Shown one piece after another: positions 16,079-24,666 of a stretch of DNA of 31,332 nt. Source of the DNA: a virus (taxonomy: Duplodnaviria > Caudoviricetes). The stretch lies in the IMG/VR virus record IMGVR_UViG_3300032335_000220, positions 1 through 31,332 of that record, one strand, 5' to 3'. A program made the translations under genes and the position numbers. How positions within the stretch are numbered: position 1 is the stretch's first letter; each line of letters begins with the position of its first letter. Below the pieces are notes generated by a model. It was not told the origin of the DNA, made no database searches, and saw only the letters and a program-made list of their open reading frames with translations.

Positions 16079-18288
16079 TATGCTCCTTGCCAGACCGCGC
16101 CAGAAGTTCTTTCGTAAGCCTTGATAGCGTCAACGATTGCTTTTCCAATAGTCGCACCGGAACCAACTCCACCTTCTACGTTTATGTTGTAGACGCTTTG
16201 TTGCGTTGTGTTATTGAATCTCGACTGAGTTCCGGTCATACCGATTTCGGAGCCTAGAGTCTGAATCTCTCCGAAGCCCGCGTTTATTCGTCCTAGCGCG
16301 TCCGCTCCCCCGGCTACCAAACCTGCGGCTAAACGTGCGCCCGCAACTGGCCCAGCGGAAATTACTTGCTGAAGTAGTGCCGGGTCTAGTCCCATAGAAG
16401 CCAGCTTCGTAATGTTTCCTGAGAAAGACTTTACCCGGGCTAGGAGCTTATCCATATTCCGGATAATTGAATCGGTCGAACCGCCTAGCTCGGGAAGGCT
16501 AAAGGCTCCAACGATTGAGTCCTTGATACTAGAGAATATGCTAGTTACTGAATCACTAAAGGACTTGTAAATTCTTTCGCGTTCGTCCGTAGCTGCTTTT
16601 TCTGAAGCAATAAGTTCATCACGTTTTCTATCCGCTTCTTGTTGGTCAGCTAGGATTTGGGCGTTAGTTGCTTCGGTCTGAGCTTTGATTTCTGCGACAC
16701 CTGCGGCGGTCTTGTTGAACTTTCTTTGAGTTCTTGTAGCTAAGTCTGTATTGCCTTGTGCGATTTTCCTAGCTGTTGCTAATCCCTTAGTTCCGCCTAG
16801 AAGGTCTGCCGCCAATCCTTCTGAGATACCGCTTTTGGTAGTTAGCTTGGTAAAGAGTTTTTGATTTTTTACTGCCGCGTTTAGAGTTTGAGCGTAAGTT
16901 TTTTCTGCCGTTCCGTTTTTACTTGTGCTTCCGGAAAGACCAGCCATAAATCTAGTCATAGAGCTTTGAGCGAATGACTTGTCTAGATTCATTCTGCGTT
17001 CTGCCGCGTCCGGGCCAACAATAAGCGGAGGCTTGTATCCCGCTGCCGCGCCGTTTAGTCCTTCGATTGCGCTCTTAGCTGCGCCGTATTTTCCGGCTGC
17101 CCAATCTGCGTCTTGTCCTGACTTTAGAATTGCGCTTCCGAAGCTAGTCACCGTTGGAGTTGTAGCTCTTGCGCCTTCGTTCATTTTTGAGATTCCCTCA
17201 GCAATAAAACCAAGAGCTATCACGGCTGCGCCGATACCGCTAAATAGTAGAGCGGAACGAAGAAGGCCGATTGAGATAGTGGCTTTCTTAGCTGCTGTGT
17301 CCGTGCCACCTAGAAGGGAATTAGTAATGACTGCGATAGCGTTGTAGATTCCTTGCGTGACTTTGATTAGGTTGTAAGCGGTATTGAGAAAGAAGAGCGC
17401 GCTCGAAACTTTGATAATTACTTCTGCGTTCTGAAGAAAGAACGTCGCTGTATCAAGAAGAGCTTTAGCTAAAGCTTTCCAATCTACGGAATTCACGGCG
17501 TCGCGTAGTTTAGAACCAATCTCCGGAGCCATTTCGCGGAGTCCGTCCATAAGACTTCTAAGAGCTGGCATAACAATAACGCCGATTTCTTCGCTGAAGT
17601 TTTCTAGCTCAATTCCAAGAAGTTCAATTTGCCCGGCGAAGGTCTGTGCGTAAGCTTGCGCCGAACCACCGAACTGAGATTGTAGCTCCGCAAGAATAAT
17701 CTTCTGCGCGCCTAGAAGGTCGCCTGATTCGGTGAGAGCTTTTATCTGCTCTTTCTGTTGCGCGGTGAACTGGATACCAACTCGGCTTAGGGCAGAGAGT
17801 CCTTTTACCGGGTCGTTCAAGGCCTTTCCTAGACGGATAGCTTCGGTGCTAGCGTCGGTTCCCATAGCTCGGGAAACGTCTAGGGTTGCTTGAACGGTCT
17901 GGTCGAAGATGTCGTTGTTTAGTCCGGCTTGATTCTGAATGTTCTTGAAGGTAAGAAGAAGGTTTGCGCCCGATTGAATTAGTTCGTCGTCTACTGCGGT
18001 TTGACGACTTAGAGTTTCGGAGAGCTTTGCGATATCTGCGGCGGTTCCGTTAGCGGTAGTCCCGGTGGACTTTAGAACGGCTTCGGTCTGCGCCATTATC
18101 TTTTGCGCTTCGGCTGCGTTCTGGACGCTCTTACCTAAAGCGGCAGCGACTACTCCGATACCAACTCCGGCAATAGCAGCGTTTCGTCCTAGAGCTTGGA
18201 AGTTGCCACGGACTTTGTTTAGCTGATACTGAGCTTGCTTCAAACCCTTAGAGTCGAAGACGGTGATAATCGGTATTCTGACTGCCAT
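16078..18288 (-). CDS. tape measure protein
   Basis: 736 aa, Ala/Gly-rich helical; LGKALNDPVKGLSALSRVGIQFT; expected position in the tail module. Confidence 0.9.
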   Translation of the reverse strand: MAVRIPIITVFDSKGLKQAQYQLNKVRGNFQALGRNAAIAGVGIGVVAAALGKSVQNAAEAQKIMAQTEAVLKSTGTTANGTAADIAKLSETLSRQTAVDDELIQSGANLLLTFKNIQNQAGLNNDIFDQTVQATLDVSRAMGTDASTEAIRLGKALNDPVKGLSALSRVGIQFTAQQKEQIKALTESGDLLGAQKIILAELQSQFGGSAQAYAQTFAGQIELLGIELENFSEEIGVIVMPALRSLMDGLREMAPEIGSKLRDAVNSVDWKALAKALLDTATFFLQNAEVIIKVSSALFFLNTAYNLIKVTQGIYNAIAVITNSLLGGTDTAAKKATISIGLLRSALLFSGIGAAVIALGFIAEGISKMNEGARATTPTVTSFGSAILKSGQDADWAAGKYGAAKSAIEGLNGAAAGYKPPLIVGPDAAERRMNLDKSFAQSSMTRFMAGLSGSTSKNGTAEKTYAQTLNAAVKNQKLFTKLTTKSGISEGLAADLLGGTKGLATARKIAQGNTDLATRTQRKFNKTAAGVAEIKAQTEATNAQILADQQEADRKRDELIASEKAATDERERIYKSFSDSVTSIFSSIKDSIVGAFSLPELGGSTDSIIRNMDKLLARVKSFSGNITKLASMGLDPALLQQVISAGPVAGARLAAGLVAGGADALGRINAGFGEIQTLGSEIGMTGTQSRFNNTTQQSVYNINVEGGVGSGATIGKAIVDAIKAYERTSGAVWQGA

Positions 18289-18815
18289 TACATTACCTTT
18301 AGCTTCACGTTTGTTTTAGTTGTGTATCTGTTGACGATTGCTAGAACTGCGGCGGATACGCCTTCTTTTTTAGCTTCGTATCCCTTCCAGACATACCGAG
18401 AAGCTTTACCCTTAAGCTTCTTTAGCATTCCTCTAGCGTTCTTAGAGTTAGCGTCTGGGCCAGAACCTACTAAATCGAGAATCTCAAAACCTGCCGCGTT
18501 GTCGGGAGAAATTGCTTCGAAGCCGATTAGAGAACGCTCCGTGCCACCCCTGCCCAGTTTCGCGCTCGGTCTTATGTAGGTGCGAATCTTAGGAATTTCG
18601 TAGCGAGTTCTTCCGTTGTGGAGCATTCCACCTTGTCCCAGTCTGTTTCCTAGTAGCGGAGAAACTTTGGGAACCTTAGATTCTATGGAAGAAAGAACCG
18701 AAGCAACGCCGGGTTCGGTTACGATTTCTTTTCTCATTTGTGCGAAGAGCTGTGGTTCGAACTTTTTTAGTTCGTTGACGGTTGCGCCTATGCCTTCAAC
18801 ATCTACTCGTAGCAT
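18288..18815 (-). CDS. putative tail completion/neck protein (HK97 gp10-like)
   Basis: VEGIGATVNELKKFEPQLFAQMRKEI N-terminus; basic protein. Confidence 0.5.
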   Translation of the reverse strand: MLRVDVEGIGATVNELKKFEPQLFAQMRKEIVTEPGVASVLSSIESKVPKVSPLLGNRLGQGGMLHNGRTRYEIPKIRTYIRPSAKLGRGGTERSLIGFEAISPDNAAGFEILDLVGSGPDANSKNARGMLKKLKGKASRYVWKGYEAKKEGVSAAVLAIVNRYTTKTNVKLKVM

Positions 18816-18830
18816 TTCAACCAGCCTTCT

Positions 18831-18845
18831 TTTCTTCTATTCTAC
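18831..18845 (-). promoter_or_regulatory. putative late promoter -10 element GTAGAATAGAAGAAA
   Basis: Identical 15-mer at 28170-28184; lies just downstream of a terminator. Confidence 0.55.
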
Positions 18846-18851
18846 CGAATC

Positions 18852-18886
18852 TAAATAAAGAAGCCCCTGCCGAAGCAGGGGACTTC
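18852..18886 (-). terminator. Rho-independent terminator
   Basis: CCCCTGC-TTCG-GCAGGGG stem-loop followed by CTTCTTTATTT. Confidence 0.85.
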
Positions 18887-18887
18887 C

Positions 18888-19055
18888 TTATCGCGGTGGA
18901 AGGTTCTTAGCGACAAGCCACCTGTTCATTGTCCAAAGCATTCGGTCGGATTGCTCCAATAAAACACTTGGAGGAATTCCGGACTCGACCGCTAGGGAAG
19001 CTATGAACCAATGAGCGGAGCTATCGCCTAGTCCGACTATTCTGTTACTTTTGGG
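18888..19055 (-). CDS. tail assembly chaperone, -1 frameshift extension (GT-like)
   Basis: Slippery C CCA AAA at 19049-19055 leads into the frame ...PKSNRIVGLGDSSAHWFIASLAVESGIPPSVLL... Confidence 0.7.
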   Translation of the reverse strand, partial: PKSNRIVGLGDSSAHWFIASLAVESGIPPSVLLEQSDRMLWTMNRWLVAKNLPPR

Positions 19056-19291
19056 TCTTCTGTTGCTCCAATAGCGTCTACTAGTTCTAGCCAAGCTTCG
19101 AATTCTTTGTCTGTTTGCTTCTTGCGCTTTTCAGAATGCCAAGCCAAGAAAAGCAACCAGCCCATTTTCGGGTCGTCTAGTTTTGCTATTGAAACGTCGT
19201 ACTTGTCTTCGAACGCCACCATATCGGGAGCCGATACAAGGACGTCCTTGTGTGTTCCGTCTGCGAATTCAATGCGTAGGGTTAGTTTCAT
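19037..19291 (-). CDS. tail assembly chaperone (G-like)
   Basis: Follows the major tail gene; ends DPKVTE across the slippery site. Confidence 0.75.
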   Translation of the reverse strand: MKLTLRIEFADGTHKDVLVSAPDMVAFEDKYDVSIAKLDDPKMGWLLFLAWHSEKRKKQTDKEFEAWLELVDAIGATEDPKVTE

Positions 19292-19300
19292 TTTCTAGCC

Positions 19301-19711
19301 TTATGCGGTTGCGAAGGATACGGAACCCGAAGTTGGGTAAGAAACTGAGAACGTAGCTAGGTCGCCAACTGCTCCGGCTACTGGAGTCACGCTGTTCACG
19401 TGAACAAGCGCAGTCCAAGCTGGGTTAGTTGAAGAAGTAGCTGTTCCGTTTGGGTTGATTGTGACGGTTGCGATTGTTCCAAGTAGCGGGTTTAGAACGG
19501 TGTTGATTTCACCAGCGGCGTATCCGCTGTGGAAGTCTAGGGATACTGTTCCCTGTTTTAGTCCACCGATAATTTCTGTCCAGCCGTTTGAACCAAAGCT
19601 GGTCACGTCAATATCGGTAGAGGTTAGCTCTAGAGTTGCGGCAGCGACGGAACTTGAAACTGTTCCACCGTTGATTGTGACCTTTGGGTTGATAACTACA
19701 TATTTTGGCAT
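19301..19711 (-). CDS. major tail (tube) protein
   Basis: IDVTSFGSNGWTEIIGGLKQGTVSLDF...GAVGDLATFSVSYP. Confidence 0.85.
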   Translation of the reverse strand: MPKYVVINPKVTINGGTVSSSVAAATLELTSTDIDVTSFGSNGWTEIIGGLKQGTVSLDFHSGYAAGEINTVLNPLLGTIATVTINPNGTATSSTNPAWTALVHVNSVTPVAGAVGDLATFSVSYPTSGSVSFATA

Positions 19712-19742
19712 TTGTTTTGTTTCTCCTATTTTCCTAGCGGTT

Positions 19743-20150
19743 TTATTGTGCGTAAACTGCGACGTTGAATTCAGCGGCTAGATAGGTAACTTCGCCAATG
19801 ACAATGGAGCCGTAGTTCCGCATATCGGTTACTCGGAGAGAATCACATCTCCCACCGAGCGTCCTGTCTAATTCTATCGCAAGCTTGACCGACGAAGTCC
19901 CGGCTGGAGTCACGTAAGAATCGAGAAGTCTTTGCGCGGTTCTTTCTCCAACGCGCCCAACGATACAAGTAATGACGAAGTTGTATTCGTCAAGTCCACG
20001 GGAACCAGCTTTGTCATAATTGACGCTGGCGACGTTGATAATTGAGATAGGCGGGGTGATAGTGTCCGGGGTTTCGGTTGTAGTTTTAAGCCCGGAGATA
20101 GCTCCAATGGCAGTAGCGAGTCCGGCACGTAGGTCGGTAATCGAAGCCAT
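19743..20150 (-). CDS. tail terminator protein
   Basis: SITDLRAGLA...SVKLAIELDRTLGG; position. Confidence 0.7.
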   Translation of the reverse strand: MASITDLRAGLATAIGAISGLKTTTETPDTITPPISIINVASVNYDKAGSRGLDEYNFVITCIVGRVGERTAQRLLDSYVTPAGTSSVKLAIELDRTLGGRCDSLRVTDMRNYGSIVIGEVTYLAAEFNVAVYAQ

Positions 20151-20746
20151 TAGGCGAATCTAACTTTTCTGTAAACGTCGATTAGGTGCTTCACGTCGGG
20201 GTCAAGTTGAACGCCCACGCGGACGGCTCCCATTTCGCCAAATCCGGCGATACCCAAAGGCGAATCGTTACGTTTGAAAATTCTTGCGGCCTGAATGATT
20301 GTTGCTTGCTTTACCGCGATTGGAACCGCTGACCAGCCCCACACGCCGACAACGCGAACGGTTGCTTCTCCGTCTAGGACGTTGAAGATAAAGTCGTCTA
20401 CGGCCCTGATACGGGTAGCTGGGTGTCCTGTAAGACCGTCCACGTTTCCGTTTAGTGGCTCTAACTGATAATCCTTAGCGGCCCAAGTTGTGCCAAAGTC
20501 GTCGCCGTCCGAAGTCTGAAGAGTTGTCAAAGTGATTAGGTCGTCAATCTCCGCAACGTAAGAATCCTGCGGTGCGAATAAACGGGTCGCAGTTCCAGCG
20601 TTGTAGAAGTAGCGTTGCGTGTAGCTGTCCACCATTCGAGAAGCTGATTCGACCGCAAGCTCTAGAAGTGCGTTATCTACGTCGTCGGTAATTCGAGCGG
20701 AGGCTTTGATTTCTGCTAGTGAGCAATAACCGTTTACGATTGCCAT
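20150..20746 (-). CDS. head-to-tail adaptor
   Basis: GYCSLAEIK...ASRMVDSYT.R.F...WGWSAVPIAVKQATII...DPDVKHLI. Confidence 0.8.
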   Translation of the reverse strand: MAIVNGYCSLAEIKASARITDDVDNALLELAVESASRMVDSYTQRYFYNAGTATRLFAPQDSYVAEIDDLITLTTLQTSDGDDFGTTWAAKDYQLEPLNGNVDGLTGHPATRIRAVDDFIFNVLDGEATVRVVGVWGWSAVPIAVKQATIIQAARIFKRNDSPLGIAGFGEMGAVRVGVQLDPDVKHLIDVYRKVRFA

Positions 20747-20767
20747 AAGATTTTCCTTTGTTCGCTT

Positions 20768-21199
20768 CTATCTTACCAGCCGAGCTTTTATAGCAGTCGA
20801 GCTAATTCCTGCGGTGTAGGGCAAGAACCCGAACCCAACTTTATTAGCTTCTAGCCAATCCCTAGTAAAGCCCATTTGGGAGTTGTAATCCTTATCTGAC
20901 CAATCCGTTCCAGTAATTACAAAGTCCGCTTTTGCTTGAATTATGGCTGGCTTTGAATCTTGCCCGCCATAGTTAATAATAACTTCGTCCACATATCTAC
21001 AAGCCCGAACTACCGCTGCTCTTTCCTCGGTGGTCATTATGGGCGATTTGCCTTTGAACTCTTTAACAAATTCGTCTGTATTTATGGCAACAATAAGCGT
21101 TCCGTCTTCGCCCGCAAACTGTTTTAGTCTGCGTAGCATTTCAACGTGGCCCCAATGAAAGACATCATAAGTTCCGCCGTTATATATCCTTAATCCCAA
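20768..21199 (-). CDS. cytidylyltransferase (TagD/glycerol-3-phosphate cytidylyltransferase-like)
   Basis: GGTYDVFHWGH (HxGH), NTDEF, RYVDEV, GTDW, YTAGISST. Confidence 0.85.
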   Translation of the reverse strand: MGLRIYNGGTYDVFHWGHVEMLRRLKQFAGEDGTLIVAINTDEFVKEFKGKSPIMTTEERAAVVRACRYVDEVIINYGGQDSKPAIIQAKADFVITGTDWSDKDYNSQMGFTRDWLEANKVGFGFLPYTAGISSTAIKARLVR

Positions 21200-21834
21200 C
21201 GATTAGCCCTTCTAGTTTTTAAGTCCCAGTAGCCCGGGGAGAAGTCCTCTTCGTTTACTTTCTTGTTGAATAGATTCTGATTAGCTGCGTAGGTTCGATT
21301 ATTCTCGTTGCTCTTTCCGCTTAGGCTTGAAGAATTTTCGTGGTGAATTTTTGCCGGAATTCGGTTTTCCTTTACTCCGGCTTTTATCATTCTGCGGTGA
21401 AGGTCGTTATCGTCAAAGTAGAGCGGATAGAAGCGTTCGTCATAAAGTCCAGCTTTAGCGATTGCTCCTTCTCCAAATACTAGGCAAGCCCATTCAGGGA
21501 TAATGTTTACGAAGTTTAGAGCGTCCGGGTCAGCTTGTTCCGCGATTGTCTGTAATGCCCCGGGTTCAAACCAAGCGTCGTCGTTTATCAAAACCCAGTA
21601 GGGCGCGTAAGGCGTGGATTTGATTATGAGATTCCAAGCACCTACAAGCCCAAGTCCGAAGGGAACTCGTAGGAGCCATAAATTCTTTACCTGCTCCGAT
21701 TGTTTAGGTTCCCAAGTTTGAGTTCCAGAATTGTCTACGATTACTAAGTGTTCGACCGGGTAATCTATCGAAGCTAGTAATCTGTCTGCCTTGTCGAACT
21801 GACTGTAAACGGCGAAGCCTAGAACTGGAATCAT
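21190..21834 (-). CDS. glycosyltransferase, GT2-like (GT-A fold)
   Basis: VIVDNS, AWNLII, LINDDAWF, GLYDERFYPLYFDDND; likely start MIPVLG at 21834 (TAATG overlap). Confidence 0.8.
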   Translation of the reverse strand: MIPVLGFAVYSQFDKADRLLASIDYPVEHLVIVDNSGTQTWEPKQSEQVKNLWLLRVPFGLGLVGAWNLIIKSTPYAPYWVLINDDAWFEPGALQTIAEQADPDALNFVNIIPEWACLVFGEGAIAKAGLYDERFYPLYFDDNDLHRRMIKAGVKENRIPAKIHHENSSSLSGKSNENNRTYAANQNLFNKKVNEEDFSPGYWDLKTRRANRWD

Positions 21835-23045
21835 TAGGCGAATTTCTCTCGGAGAATTGGCAACCAATACTTAGTCCAAACCTTATCCACGTCAAAGTCT
21901 GAAGCGAAGTCGATTGCTACCTGCGAACGGCCCTTGCCTAACTTGTAAGCCTCTTCTAAAGCTCCGACTATTGACGGCACGTTCGGGATTTGCCACCACG
22001 CGTCCTGCCCTGAATCCCAAGAAGGCTGGCCTTCCACTAGGAAAGAATCTTCAGAAAGAAGGTCGGGAGTAGCTGCCCAAGAAGAACCCACCACGCGCGT
22101 CCCTGCGGCTTGTGCTTCAAGACACGGGACTCCGAAGCCTTCGCCATAAGACGTAGCTAGAAGAACGTCCATTCCCGTATAGTATCCAGCTAAAGTTTCC
22201 TGCGGTATTCCATACCGATAACTAAACGGATTTGGGAAGGCGACGTCGTTTTTATCTACGCCCAAGCTTTGAAGAAGCGAAACTAGATTCCAGCCAATCC
22301 CTTTAGAAACTGGGTCGGTGTGAAGATAGAGCATAACGTCCGGGTGCTTCTTCTGGAAGATAGAGAAGGCCAAAAGATTTTCTGAGAACGCTTTCCGGTG
22401 AACTAGGCCGGAGCTTTTATTTGCCGCCACCATTCCCACAACGAAGCGGTCTTTAGTTCCCATATGTTCTTCTACTGACTGCCCGTTTATTTCATAAGTT
22501 GGCTTTAGAACTTTAGTATCTATTCCGTGCGGTGCGTATTTACACTCAATCCCTTTAGCTTCCATTTGTCTAACTCCGTGCGGAGCCATAGCGACCGGAG
22601 TCACTTTTTCTTTTTTTAGAAACTCTTCGACTCTAGGTGGAAGCGTTATGTGGTCGAGCGGAACCCAACTCAGAATGTCTATGTCGTTGAATGCCGGGTT
22701 AGTAAGAACCCAAACGTCGTAGAGCGTAATCATAGCGTTTGGTTGGTTTGGCTTTGACGCTGAAAAGGTTTTGTGGTCTACTGGAGCGGAATCGTTCGAA
22801 TACATATCGAAGCCCCGGGCGAAGTGTGGAATCTTTCCGTAAGGCGTTTCCAGTTCGCGTTTGATTCCTTCAAGTCCATAGTTAGAAAGAGCTGCGACGT
22901 CGAAGCCGTGACGCTTTAGGCGGTCTACTAGGTAGCGGGCTTGCTGTCCGTAGCCCGTGGGCTGGTCGGGAGAATTGGAATAGAGCGTAACCGTTCCCTT
23001 GAACTGTTCGCGGTTAGCAGGATTCTTTGATTTGGTAGGTTTCAT
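21834..23045 (-). CDS. glycosyltransferase, GT4-like (GT-B fold)
   Basis: PTGYGQQ, PHGIDT, MDVLLATSYGEGFGVPCLEAQAAG (EX7E motif). Confidence 0.88.
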   Translation of the reverse strand: MKPTKSKNPANREQFKGTVTLYSNSPDQPTGYGQQARYLVDRLKRHGFDVAALSNYGLEGIKRELETPYGKIPHFARGFDMYSNDSAPVDHKTFSASKPNQPNAMITLYDVWVLTNPAFNDIDILSWVPLDHITLPPRVEEFLKKEKVTPVAMAPHGVRQMEAKGIECKYAPHGIDTKVLKPTYEINGQSVEEHMGTKDRFVVGMVAANKSSGLVHRKAFSENLLAFSIFQKKHPDVMLYLHTDPVSKGIGWNLVSLLQSLGVDKNDVAFPNPFSYRYGIPQETLAGYYTGMDVLLATSYGEGFGVPCLEAQAAGTRVVGSSWAATPDLLSEDSFLVEGQPSWDSGQDAWWQIPNVPSIVGALEEAYKLGKGRSQVAIDFASDFDVDKVWTKYWLPILREKFA

Positions 23046-23063
23046 AGAAAAACATTATCACCC

Positions 23064-23115
23064 AAAAAAGACAAAAGGAAAGGCCGCCGAAACCCTACCG
23101 TCCGGCGACCTTTCC
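23064..23115 (-). terminator. Rho-independent terminator after the major capsid gene
   Basis: GGAAAGGTCGCCG...CGGCGGCCTTTCC stem followed by TTTTGTCTTTTTT. Confidence 0.8.
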
Positions 23116-23139
23116 AGTCTGTTAGCTAATGCTTTTGGC

Positions 23140-24315
23140 TTAGCTTGCGCCTCCGCGGAATTTCACGAAGTGGCTTGCGTGTGTCAATTTTGAATCCACG
23201 CGAGCGGTTACACGGAAGGTGGTGACGTCATTTGCGAAAGCGTAATCTGCTGACTGAGCCACTTGGACTCCTCCGGCTAGACGTACCTTCAGCGACGGCA
23301 AGTGGCCTACACCGATTGAGAAGTTGTTTACGGCGACGTCTGTTGCGGCCGGGTTCTCGTACACTGGATAACCGAGTAACTGGTCTGGCTGACCCTGTGC
23401 GATATTTCCAGCTGTCCAGATAAACGCTCCAGAACCGTCCTTGATTTTGCGAACTGCCGCAAGACCAGTCTTGTTCATTAGCCAGCCGACTCCGGGGAGC
23501 AAACGGGCTTGACCATTTAGTGTGTACAATAAATCGACCAGATTTTCGTAAGTCGGTGCGCCAGAAACTCCGGTGCCTCCAGTTACCGCAGAAGCTCCGG
23601 TTGTGAATATACCGGTTGGCTCTACAGTTCCAGTTCCAACAGTTAGTCCGGTGTTAATTCCGAAACCGATTGCGTTTCCAGCCTGCTCCGCGATTAGCGC
23701 AGAAATATCCAGCGAAGAATCCGCTAGAAGTTCGTTTGCCACGGGGACTAGGAAGGAATACTTGAATGCGCTTAACTGGACATTTGAGAAAACGGGTTCG
23801 GAATCTGAGATAGCAGAACCAGCACTCTTGATTGTTGCGGTTGAATATCCGGTTAGAGTCGGGATTGTTAGAGTGTCTCCACCTGCGGTATTGATTACCT
23901 GAGAAACGGTAAGCATAGGCCCTGCCAATCTAGCAACGGAGAAAACTTCGTCGTAGAAAGATTTTGGAACTAGGTTATCGGAAGGAACAAGAGTTCTTTT
24001 CTCTGGTGCGAATACGTGTGAACGCATTTCTCCGTTTGCGATTGCGCGTAGGATATCTGCGTCGCCACGAACTTCGTTAGAAGGAATAAAAGAGTTGCGC
24101 GCTGCGTCTACTGCGCGGGCCTCTCGCTCTTCCATTTTCTTAGCGGTTTCGATAGCTGCGTCGCGCTGAGAAATTTCGTTCTCAATACGCTCGATTGTTG
24201 CTTGGTCATCTACGGTTAGTCCGCGCTTGTCCGCTTCGGCTGACTCGATTACTGTACGAGCTTGCTCGATTAGGTTGTTGCGGGCTTCAACCTGCGACTT
24301 TAGAAAGTCTGACAT
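23140..24315 (-). CDS. major capsid protein (HK97 fold, N-terminal delta domain)
   Basis: Coiled-coil N-terminus, ELLADS, GTGTVEPTGI, WLMN, KIKDGSGAFIW, LLGYPV. Confidence 0.93.
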   Translation of the reverse strand: MSDFLKSQVEARNNLIEQARTVIESAEADKRGLTVDDQATIERIENEISQRDAAIETAKKMEEREARAVDAARNSFIPSNEVRGDADILRAIANGEMRSHVFAPEKRTLVPSDNLVPKSFYDEVFSVARLAGPMLTVSQVINTAGGDTLTIPTLTGYSTATIKSAGSAISDSEPVFSNVQLSAFKYSFLVPVANELLADSSLDISALIAEQAGNAIGFGINTGLTVGTGTVEPTGIFTTGASAVTGGTGVSGAPTYENLVDLLYTLNGQARLLPGVGWLMNKTGLAAVRKIKDGSGAFIWTAGNIAQGQPDQLLGYPVYENPAATDVAVNNFSIGVGHLPSLKVRLAGGVQVAQSADYAFANDVTTFRVTARVDSKLTHASHFVKFRGGAS

Positions 24316-24350
24316 AGTTGTTACTCCTTGTTTGATTTGTGATTATGAAT

Positions 24351-24416
24351 TCCCGCCAAGCTAACTCGAACGGATACTACGGGGAGCTGACTCGACCCGC
24401 TGTTTATATTCTACCA
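24351..24416 (-). promoter_or_regulatory. capsid promoter (TGG-TAGAAT) and twin-hairpin 5' leader
   Basis: Extended -10 at 24408-24416; hairpins with GAG-TCAG-CTC and GAG-TTAG-CTT tips. Confidence 0.6.
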
Positions 24417-24424
24417 ATCCGGGT

Positions 24425-24463
24425 AAAGAGCAACCCCGCCGGAAAGGAATACGGCGGGGTTGC
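24425..24463 (-). terminator. probable terminator upstream of the capsid promoter
   Basis: 12-bp perfect stem GCAACCCCGCCG/CGGCGGGGTTGC with a short TCTTT tail. Confidence 0.65.
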
Positions 24464-24498
24464 GTGTCGAGAGAAAGGGGGAAATCCTCGACTGACCC

Positions 24499-24666
24499 TT
24501 ATCGGGTTTCTTTAGCCTCTGTGACGCGAACTTCTTTAGCTGGAGCTGCGTTGTCTAGCTCCCAGATTGCTTGCGCCCAAGCTTCTACATTATCAACAAC
24601 TATTCCATATTCAGGATTACCTGAAGCTTTTAGAATTGCTTCTTTGATTGCGTCCTTGCTTGCCAT
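24499..24666 (-). CDS. small head-module protein (55 aa), not in the ORF track
   Basis: MASKDAIKEAILKASGNPEYGIVVDNVEAWAQAIWELDNAAPAKEVRVTEAKETR; GAGG RBS; abuts the protease stop. Confidence 0.65.
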   Translation of the reverse strand: MASKDAIKEAILKASGNPEYGIVVDNVEAWAQAIWELDNAAPAKEVRVTEAKETR

